Of a stretch of 64,000 nucleotides of DNA, positions 56,927 through 64,000 are shown one piece after another (the first letter of the stretch is position 1; each line of letters starts with the position of its first letter). A program made the position numbers and the translations under genes. Source of the DNA: Candidatus Poribacteria bacterium (GTDB taxonomy: Bacteria; Poribacteria; WGA-4E; GCA-2687025); assembly GCA_016866785.1 (NCBI GenBank), contig VGLH01000002.1, positions 14,086 to 78,085 of the forward strand. The letters are read 5' to 3'. A model generated the notes under the pieces. The model did no database searches and was not told where the DNA came from. It saw only the letters and a list, made by a program, of their open reading frames with translations.

Positions 56927-57762
56927 GCGAGGTCGTTGAGGGCAGCCGCCAGCCCGTCTTCGTCGTTTCCGCCGGTGATGCGAAACCCCAGACGATGGAG
57001 CTCAGGAGCCGCGTTCCCCATCAGGACGCCATGGCCGGCGTACCGGAGCATGTCAAGATCGTTCAGATTGTCTCCGACCGCCATAATCTCGTCGGCTGTC
57101 AGCCCGCGCTCGGCTGCGATCTGCTGGAGCGGCAGAGCCTTCGTCACGTCGTGATGGGCGATCCCGATATACCCGATGCGCCCGCCGTGTGCCGGAATGA
57201 CGCTCACGCGCGAACCGAGCCGTTCGGCAACCGCGCCAGCGAGCTCGCCCGTACGCGCCTTCGGAGCCGTGAGCATGACCTCCAGCGCGTTGCCGGAGAA
57301 TCCGGTCAGGTCATCGACAAGGGTGACGTAGGCGGCGTTCCGCTGAACGTAATCGCGGAAGTAGGGCGCCAGACTCTCATCCGCGCGCTCAGGAGCCATG
57401 CAGAAGATGCGCGTGAACGGATCTCCGGAGTCGTCTTGGAAGGCGAGCGGATAGGCGTCGAGCTCGTCGGCGAGCCGTCCGGCGGCGTGGATGATGTCTT
57501 CAGACACGCGGCGCGCGTAGAGGTAAGAACCGTCGCGGCGACGCAGAGCGGCTCCGTTGTGGAGCCCGTACAGGGCTGGCACGTAAAGGTCGCCCGCGAC
57601 CGCCATCGCGGACTCGAAGCGCCTGCCCGACACAATGGCGATCTCAATGCCCAGTCGGTGCGCGCGGTCCAGGGCTCGGTGTGTCGCATCGGTGATGCGC
57701 CCCGACGGATCAAGGAGCGTCCCGTCGATGTCGATGCCGACGAGCCGCACTCCGCGCGTCAC
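56923..57762 (-). CDS. Cof-type HAD-IIB family hydrolase
   Basis: GIDIDGTLL motif I. GDNLNDLDML motif. ~280 aa. Confidence 0.8.
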   Translation of the reverse strand: MTRGVRLVGIDIDGTLLDPSGRITDATHRALDRAHRLGIEIAIVSGRRFESAMAVAGDLYVPALYGLHNGAALRRRDGSYLYARRVSEDIIHAAGRLADELDAYPLAFQDDSGDPFTRIFCMAPERADESLAPYFRDYVQRNAAYVTLVDDLTGFSGNALEVMLTAPKARTGELAGAVAERLGSRVSVIPAHGGRIGYIGIAHHDVTKALPLQQIAAERGLTADEIMAVGDNLNDLDMLRYAGHGVLMGNAAPELHRLGFRITGGNDEDGLAAALNDLA

Positions 57763-59312
57763 GTCGCCGCGCCTTCATGGTGCTGCTCGACGAGCCGCGA
57801 CACGACGTCGAACGAGGGCTTGAGCGCCGGATACAGGGCTCGATAGACGCCGTAGTAGTCCTCGTACCGCCGGACGTTTTCGGCGACAGGGGTCGTCTCG
57901 GTCTGCTTGCGGACGAGTGCGTCCGCCGCCGCTTCGCAGGACTCATAGACTCCCGCGCCCACGCCTGCGAGGATCGCAGCGCCGAACGCCGGGCCCTCGG
58001 CGATGTTGATCGTCACGACGGGAGCGTTGTAGATATCCGCCTGCATTTGTCGCCAGACCGCGCTGCGCGCTCCGCCGCCGGTCGCGGTGATCTCCGTGAC
58101 CGCCAGCCCCTGCGCTCGGATGATCTCCAGCGAATCGCGCATGCCGAACGTGATGCCCTCCATCGTCGCGCGGATGATCTCAGGCTTCGCGTGCCGCAGC
58201 GTCAGCCCGAAGTAGACGCCCTTGGCGTTGGCGTCGGCGTGCGGCGTCCGCTCGCCGGTCAGGTAGGGCAGAAAGACGAGACCCTCGCTCCCGACCGGAG
58301 CGTCTGCCACCGCTTGGGTCAACACGTCGTAAGGATCGGCTCCGACTGCGAGCGCGTGCTCTTTCTCGGCGACTGCAAGCGCATCGCGGAACCAGCGGAA
58401 CGCGCCGCCCGCCGAGAGCATCACGCCCATCGTGTACCATCGGTTCGGGACGGCGTGGCAGAAGGTGTGCGCCCGCAGGTTCGGATCGACCAGCACTTCG
58501 TCCGTGTGCGCCAAGACGACGCCGGATGTGCCGAGGCTGGCGCTGACCCGTCCCTCCCGGACGATGCCATTGCCCACCGCGCTGCACGCGTTGTCCGCGC
58601 CGCCAGCCATCACGGGGGTTCCCTTGGCGAGGCCGGTCTTTTCGGCAGCGTCCGCCGTGATGCGCCCGGCGACATCCACGGACTCGCAGATCGGCGGCAT
58701 CCAGTCCGATGGAATCCCCAGAGCGGACAGAACCCGGTCCGACCACCGACGTTCGCGGACGTTGAACAGAAGCGTTCCGGCGGCGTCGGACACCTCCATC
58801 GCGAGCTCGCCCGTCAGTCGGAGCCGCACGTAGTCCTTTGGCAGCAGGATGCGCTTCACCTGCTCGAACACGCGGGGTTCATGCCGACGCATCCACAGCA
58901 CCTTGGGAGCCGTGAATCCTTCGAGAGCCGGGTTACACGTCTCCGACAAGAGCGTTTCTCTGCCGACAGTGTCCGTGATCTCGCGGCATTGCTCCGTCGT
59001 GCGGACGTCACACCAGAGGATGGCAGGACGCAACGGCGTGTGATTGCTGTCGAGCAACACCAGTCCGTGCATCTGTCCCGAGAAGCTCAGCCCGCGGATG
59101 TCGGACGGCTTGGCGCCGGAGTCGTGGATGACCCGCCGGATGGTCTTGACGGTCGCCTCGTACCAGTGGTTCGGGTCCTGTTCCGCCCACTTGGGTCGGG
59201 GTGTGGAGAGGGGATACTCCTCCAGCGCACTCGCCACCAAGTCGCCGTCTTCGGAGACGAGGATCGTCTTAGCCCCGGTCGTGCCGACGTCGATGCCCAA
59301 CAGGTATGCCAC
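57759..59312 (-). CDS. xylB: FGGY-family carbohydrate kinase, xylulokinase-like
   Basis: AYLLGIDVGTTGAKTIL N-terminus. FGGY N- and C-domains. 517 aa. The xylB assignment is by family resemblance only. Confidence 0.7.
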   Translation of the reverse strand: MAYLLGIDVGTTGAKTILVSEDGDLVASALEEYPLSTPRPKWAEQDPNHWYEATVKTIRRVIHDSGAKPSDIRGLSFSGQMHGLVLLDSNHTPLRPAILWCDVRTTEQCREITDTVGRETLLSETCNPALEGFTAPKVLWMRRHEPRVFEQVKRILLPKDYVRLRLTGELAMEVSDAAGTLLFNVRERRWSDRVLSALGIPSDWMPPICESVDVAGRITADAAEKTGLAKGTPVMAGGADNACSAVGNGIVREGRVSASLGTSGVVLAHTDEVLVDPNLRAHTFCHAVPNRWYTMGVMLSAGGAFRWFRDALAVAEKEHALAVGADPYDVLTQAVADAPVGSEGLVFLPYLTGERTPHADANAKGVYFGLTLRHAKPEIIRATMEGITFGMRDSLEIIRAQGLAVTEITATGGGARSAVWRQMQADIYNAPVVTINIAEGPAFGAAILAGVGAGVYESCEAAADALVRKQTETTPVAENVRRYEDYYGVYRALYPALKPSFDVVSRLVEQHHEGAAT

Positions 59313-59402
59313 AGTGCCGCCCTTTCGTGACGATGGGTCCCTGAAGTGACGCCATTGTGCCGCGCGGATGCGTGTCCGGCAACGGGATCGACGGGCAGCG
59401 GC

Positions 59403-60089
59403 TCAGAGCGCCCGCAGATATGCCAGCAGGATGTCGGGTCGGTTCGTGCTGATGCCGCTCACACCCAGCCCGATCATCGCCTTCTGCTCGCGCAGCGTGT
59501 CCGGGTTCCATGCGCGGATCTCCAGCCCGGCGGATAGCGCCCGTTCGACGATCCCGAGACGGACGTTCTTGTATTGCACGCCGACCGCACTCGCGCCGAT
59601 GTCAACCGCCCGCGCGATGTCGGAATCCGATGGGTTCGAGATGATCGCGCCGATCCGCAGGTCATCGGACATCTGCCGGACACGCTCGACCCGGTCGAGG
59701 GCAAAGGACGTGAACACGACCTCTCCCTCCATCTCCCGCGTCCGGACGCACTCGACCGCCGCATCCTCGACGCCCTCACCCTTGAGCTCGCACAGGAGCC
59801 GAATCCTGCCCTGTGTCACGGCGAGCACCTCGTCGAGCGTCGGAACCTGGTTCCCGTCGCCCGCGTCGAGCGCGCGGATCTCGTCAAACGTCAAGTCGCG
59901 GATCGCGCCGGAACCGTTCGTCGTGCGGTTGACAGTCGCGTCGTGCATGACAACCAGCCGGTCGTCACGGGTAAGGTGGACATCGCATTCCGTGTAGGTG
60001 CACCCGAGCCGAATGGCGTACTCGAACCCCGGTACCGTGTTCTCCGGCAGAACGCCCGCCGCTCCCCGATGCCCGACGACGTAGACCAT
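59403..60089 (-). CDS. glycerophosphodiester phosphodiesterase (GDPD) family protein
   Basis: VVGHRGAAGVLPENT and ECDVHLTRD GDPD motifs. Confidence 0.8.
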   Translation of the reverse strand: MVYVVGHRGAAGVLPENTVPGFEYAIRLGCTYTECDVHLTRDDRLVVMHDATVNRTTNGSGAIRDLTFDEIRALDAGDGNQVPTLDEVLAVTQGRIRLLCELKGEGVEDAAVECVRTREMEGEVVFTSFALDRVERVRQMSDDLRIGAIISNPSDSDIARAVDIGASAVGVQYKNVRLGIVERALSAGLEIRAWNPDTLREQKAMIGLGVSGISTNRPDILLAYLRAL

Positions 60090-60201
60090 TCGTTAGCCTC
60101 CCAAAGCTCGCTGAATACCTGACGCTCAATCGGCTAGCCCGAAGCACGAGCCAGCGGTAGAATGCCGCGCGTAGCTGATCGCGTCACCGAGGAACCGCAC
60201 C

Positions 60202-61695
60202 ATGTCCGAGCACCACCTGTCCGAGCCGGTCGTCCTGGCAATCGACATCGGTTCGTCATCGACGCGCGCGATCCCTTTCGACGCCAGCGGCAACGCCTTC
60301 GCCGACACGACAGCGACCCGGAGCCATGCGGTCCGCGCGACTCAGGACGGCGGAGCGACCCTCGACGCCCTCGAGGTCGTCGAAGGCGTGGTCGCCTGTG
60401 CTTCGGAGTCGTACGCTCGACTTGGTGACCGAGCTGCGTCGCTCCGAGGCGTCGGCATTTCCATTTTCATGCATTCTTGGCTCGGAGTCGATGCCCAGGG
60501 TGAACCGACCACGCCCGTTATCATGTGGTCGGACACCCGTAGCACCGCCGAAGTGACATTCCTTGCGCGCGAGTACGGAGCGGATCGGTTCCACCGTGAA
60601 AGCGGTTGCCCTCCGCACACGTCTTACGCTCCACCGAAGTACCTCTGGCTCAAGAAGCACGACCCGGGCGCCGTCCGGCGGACGCGACGCTGGATGAACA
60701 TCGGCGACTTCGTGCTCTACCGGCTCTTCGGCAGCGAAGGCAGTAGCCGGTCGTTGGCGTCGTCTTTGGGGCTCCTCAGAGCCGACACCGGAGACTGGAA
60801 CCGCGACCTCCTCGACTTCCTGGGCATCGCCGCCGAATCGATTCCCGAGTTGGTTCCACATGACACCCGCTTCGAAGGTGCGTCGGGCCCGTACCACCAA
60901 GCCCTGGGACCCGCAGGGCTGCTGCCGTGGTTCCCCGCAAGCGGCGACGGCTCCTGTAGCAACGTCGGCAGCGGAGGCTTCGACGCGTCCACGTACGCGC
61001 TGAACCTGGGAACCAGCGGGGCTCTGCGAGTGCTCGACCGCTCGCTGCCGCGTCACGCTCCCGAAGGGCTGTGGTGCTACCTGACAAACGACGACCGTCC
61101 CTTCATCGGGGGCGCGATCACGAATGCCGGAAGCCTGTTCGCCTGGCTGTGCGACCGACTGAGGCTCGAGCCCGGCGACAAACTGGAAGCGGCATTGGCG
61201 ACTATGGAGCCCGACAGCCACGGGCTGACGATGCTGCCGTTCCTCATGGGCGAGCGCAGCGTCGGGTGGCGGGGAGACGCCACGGCGGCAATCGTCGGGC
61301 TACGCGGCAACACGTCGAGTCTGGATATCCTGCGCGCGGGCTTGGAGACGGTCGCCCTGCGCATCGGGCTCATCCTGGAGCGCCTTCGCCCGGTCTCTCC
61401 GAACACCGATCGCATCGTCGCGGGAGGCGGAGTCACGAAGTCGGCGGCGTGGATGCAGATCATGTCGGACGTTCTGGAGGTTCCCTTGTATGAGAGCGAG
61501 GAGCTTGAGGCGTCCGCGCGGGGGGCTGCCGTCTTCGCCCTGCACGCTCTCGGCGACATCCCCGACTTGAGCGCGGTCCCTGCACGGCTCGGGCGTTGCT
61601 ACGAGCCCCGTCCTTGGGCGTCCGAGCGCTACCGCGCAGCCCGAGCGCGCCACGCGGACCTCTACGGCAAACTGGTTGGCGGCATCGACGCCTAG
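60202..61695 (+). CDS. FGGY-family carbohydrate kinase (gluconokinase-like)
   Basis: LAIDIGSSSTRAI N-terminus. FGGY architecture. 497 aa. Confidence 0.75.
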   Translation: MSEHHLSEPVVLAIDIGSSSTRAIPFDASGNAFADTTATRSHAVRATQDGGATLDALEVVEGVVACASESYARLGDRAASLRGVGISIFMHSWLGVDAQGEPTTPVIMWSDTRSTAEVTFLAREYGADRFHRESGCPPHTSYAPPKYLWLKKHDPGAVRRTRRWMNIGDFVLYRLFGSEGSSRSLASSLGLLRADTGDWNRDLLDFLGIAAESIPELVPHDTRFEGASGPYHQALGPAGLLPWFPASGDGSCSNVGSGGFDASTYALNLGTSGALRVLDRSLPRHAPEGLWCYLTNDDRPFIGGAITNAGSLFAWLCDRLRLEPGDKLEAALATMEPDSHGLTMLPFLMGERSVGWRGDATAAIVGLRGNTSSLDILRAGLETVALRIGLILERLRPVSPNTDRIVAGGGVTKSAAWMQIMSDVLEVPLYESEELEASARGAAVFALHALGDIPDLSAVPARLGRCYEPRPWASERYRAARARHADLYGKLVGGIDA

Positions 61696-61750
61696 GTTCT
61701 ATCATTGGCGAGATGCGTTGCTGCTCTCTCGCCGGATGGGACCCTGACGC

Positions 61751-62806
61751 ATGTTCCGCAACCTGTTCCGCAAGGGCGACAAGCCCGCCACGCCAACGAC
61801 CGAAGCACGACCAGCGAGCCCGAGCCCCATTCCTGCCGAGACGCCAGCCGAGCCCGCGCCGAAGAAGACGGGCTTCTTCCAGCGGCTCCGCGAAGGCTTA
61901 TCCAAGACGCGGGCGAACCTCACCGACCAGCTCGCCGGTCTGCTCCGTATGGGACGCCGCATCGACGATGACTTGATCGACGAGATCGAGGAACTGCTCA
62001 TCCGCGCGGACGTCGGCGTCAACACGACGATGGAGCTCATCGAACGCGTCCGCGAGACGGTGAAAGCCAAGGGACTGAGCGACGCCGGCGATCTGCACGG
62101 CGTCCTGAGGGACGAAGTCCTGAGAGTCCTCGGTGACCAAGCAGCGACAATCGACACGACCACGGCGAAGCCCTTTGTCATGCTCGTGGTCGGCGTGAAC
62201 GGAGTCGGCAAGACGACCACAATCGGCAAGCTGGCTTCGCGGTACCGGAGCGAGGGCAAGCGCGTGCTGGTCGCCGCCGCAGACACGTTCCGAGCGGCAG
62301 CCATCGATCAGCTCGAGGTGTGGTGCCAGCGAGCCTGCGTCGAGATCATCAAGCAGGCGGAGGGGTCTGACGCCGCCGCCGTCGTCTTCGACGCGATCGC
62401 CGCGTCGCGTTCGCGCGGAACGGACGTGCTGATCGTCGACACGGCGGGTCGGCTCCACACGAAGACGAATCTGATGCAGGAGTTGGCGAAGATCAGCCGC
62501 GTCGCTTCGCGGGAAGTGCCGGACGCTCCGCACGAAGTGCTGTTGGTTCTCGACGCGACGACGGGACAGAACGCGGTGAGCCAGGCGCAGAAGTTCCGCG
62601 AGATCGTGCCGGTCTCGGGGATCGCCTTGACGAAGCTCGACAGCACGGCGAAGGGCGGCATCGTGATCGCCGTGAAGCACGAGCTCGATATCCCGGTGAA
62701 GCTGATCGGGATCGGCGAAAGCATCGAGGACCTGCGCGACTTCGTTCCGAGCGACTTCGTCTCCGCGCTCTTCACGCTCTCGAGCGACGAGGAGTCCCAG
62801 GGATGA
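61751..62806 (+). CDS. ftsY: signal recognition particle-docking protein FtsY
   Basis: Pro/Ala-rich N-terminus, then NG domain (GVNGVGKTTTIGKLA, DTAGR, TKLD). Confidence 0.93.
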   Translation: MFRNLFRKGDKPATPTTEARPASPSPIPAETPAEPAPKKTGFFQRLREGLSKTRANLTDQLAGLLRMGRRIDDDLIDEIEELLIRADVGVNTTMELIERVRETVKAKGLSDAGDLHGVLRDEVLRVLGDQAATIDTTTAKPFVMLVVGVNGVGKTTTIGKLASRYRSEGKRVLVAAADTFRAAAIDQLEVWCQRACVEIIKQAEGSDAAAVVFDAIAASRSRGTDVLIVDTAGRLHTKTNLMQELAKISRVASREVPDAPHEVLLVLDATTGQNAVSQAQKFREIVPVSGIALTKLDSTAKGGIVIAVKHELDIPVKLIGIGESIEDLRDFVPSDFVSALFTLSSDEESQG

Positions 62807-63960
62807 AGTCTCATCTCCGCTGGACGAAGCACGAGGACCTCGCCATCCGCAAGACGCCGACCGTCGGGCGCGAGGAATACCTCGACCACATGACCTTCCA
62901 GGCGAACGTACGCCCTCTGTTCACCGAGATCTTCGGACCCATCATTGGTCTGAAGGAGGAATGGCTCGAACAGGGCGCGACGCCCGATGAGTTGGACTTT
63001 TCCGCGTTCCGGTACCGTTGCACCAGCCACGGCGGCGTACCGGTCAACACCGGATGGATCGGCGGCGACCGGGAAGTGATCCTCGAGGAGACCGACGACT
63101 ACCGGATCACTCGCGACCGCATGGGCAGGCGCATGAAGCTGCACAAGAACGTCGCGACCCTCGCTCTGCCGATGGATCACCCGGTCTCGACGATGGACGA
63201 TTGGCGGCGCATCAAGCACCACTACGAGTTCTCCGAAGCGCGCTTCGGAGACGGATGGGAAGAGATCGCGAGGCGACACTACGAAGCCGGTCGCGTCGTT
63301 ACCGTCGGCATCCCGGGTGGCTTCGACGAACCCCGGCAGCTCATGGGCGAGGAGGGGGTTTGCATCGCGTTTCACGAGAACCCCGAGCTCATCCACGACA
63401 TCCTCGCGACCATCGGCGACACGGCGTTTCGCGTGCTCGAGCACGTCAGTTCGGCGGTCCGAATCGACCAACTGAGCGTTCACGAGGACATGGCGGGCAA
63501 GAGCGGACCTCTCGCCGGTCCCGCTCAGATCCGCGAGTTCATCGCGCCGTACTACCGGCGCATCTGGGACCTGTTGAGCGATCGCGGAGCCCGGCTGTTC
63601 GACCAAGACTCAGACGGAGACATGAACGCCGTCATCCCGGCGTTCCTCGATGCGGGTGTCAACGTCATGCACCCCTTCGAAGCCGGCGCGGGAATGGATG
63701 TCGTTCAGGTACGAGAACGCTTCGGCAACCGGCTCGCGTTCTACGGCGGCATCGACAAGCACATCATCCGCCGGACTCAGGGCGAGATCGTCGCAGAACT
63801 CGAATACAAGATTCCACCGCTCGTACGCTCCGGCGGATGCGTTCTCGCTCTCGACCATCGCATTCCCAACGGCACGCCGCTCGCCAACTACCGCTTCTAC
63901 CTGCAGAAGGCGTGGGAGATCATCGAGCGCGAAGCCTCCACGACCGGCATCGCCTCCTAG
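62803..63960 (+). CDS. uroporphyrinogen decarboxylase (URO-D) family protein
   Basis: URO-D/MtaA-like TIM-barrel sequence (~385 aa). Start overlaps the ftsY stop (ATGA). Confidence 0.65.
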   Translation: MKSHLRWTKHEDLAIRKTPTVGREEYLDHMTFQANVRPLFTEIFGPIIGLKEEWLEQGATPDELDFSAFRYRCTSHGGVPVNTGWIGGDREVILEETDDYRITRDRMGRRMKLHKNVATLALPMDHPVSTMDDWRRIKHHYEFSEARFGDGWEEIARRHYEAGRVVTVGIPGGFDEPRQLMGEEGVCIAFHENPELIHDILATIGDTAFRVLEHVSSAVRIDQLSVHEDMAGKSGPLAGPAQIREFIAPYYRRIWDLLSDRGARLFDQDSDGDMNAVIPAFLDAGVNVMHPFEAGAGMDVVQVRERFGNRLAFYGGIDKHIIRRTQGEIVAELEYKIPPLVRSGGCVLALDHRIPNGTPLANYRFYLQKAWEIIEREASTTGIAS

Positions 63961-64000
63961 CCCCCGTTCTCGCCCATCACATTCGTGCTCTTTGGCGTGC

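Noticed and set aside
57777-59330. 517-aa plus-strand ORF mirroring the xylulokinase-like gene
   Set aside because: It is an exact antisense span of a well-supported FGGY kinase gene. Its composition is R/D/L-rich and low-complexity.
1-64000. Scan for CRISPR arrays, tRNA/rRNA genes, transposases, integrases, phage genes, restriction-modification or toxin-antitoxin pairs
   Set aside because: There are no regularly spaced direct repeats, no tRNA-like cloverleaf segments (intergenic regions are short and GC-rich), and no proteins with DDE, tyrosine or serine recombinase, or nuclease-methylase signatures. The methyltransferases here are small-molecule or RNA class I enzymes without partner endonucleases.

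Overview
This is a 64 kb, visibly GC-rich bacterial chromosomal fragment, roughly two-thirds G+C by eye. It is densely packed with about 52 protein-coding genes, and many neighbouring genes have overlapping ATGA/TGATG junctions. I found no rRNA, tRNA, CRISPR, transposase or integrase, and no low-GC island, so it looks like core or accessory chromosome rather than a mobile element. The window begins with GATC in the middle of a gene, which suggests a Sau3AI clone end. The gene content suggests an environmental, polysaccharide-degrading lineage (inference only): four Gfo/Idh/MocA oxidoreductases (one paired with a DUF1080 3-keto-glycoside hydrolase-like gene), xylose-isomerase-like TIM barrels, a sulfatase, a secreted esterase, GHL10, PD40/PKD/LamG secreted proteins and a CRTAC1/ASPIC protein coupled to a multiheme cytochrome c. 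Housekeeping anchors are dnaK, era, ftsY and feoAB. The items most worth a second look: (1) an orphan, divergent glycyl-radical enzyme plus activase pair next to feoAB. (2) A five-gene minus-strand operon that combines a GlcD/GlcF-like two-component dehydrogenase with UPF0261, a creatininase-family enzyme and a TIM-barrel isomerase. (3) An eight-gene plus-strand operon with an MlrC-like peptidase, an S1/P1-nuclease::DmpA-peptidase fusion, an orphan PotD-like binding protein, and a GspG-like pseudopilin that lacks a prepilin motif, followed by a prepilin peptidase. (4) An MBOAT acyltransferase paired with a non-canonical PD40-PKD-LamG partner. (5) A frameshifted TVP38/DedA gene. (6) A perfect 9-4-9 palindrome in a divergent promoter. 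Most long ORFs on the opposite strand or in alternate frames are GC-driven artefacts and were rejected.
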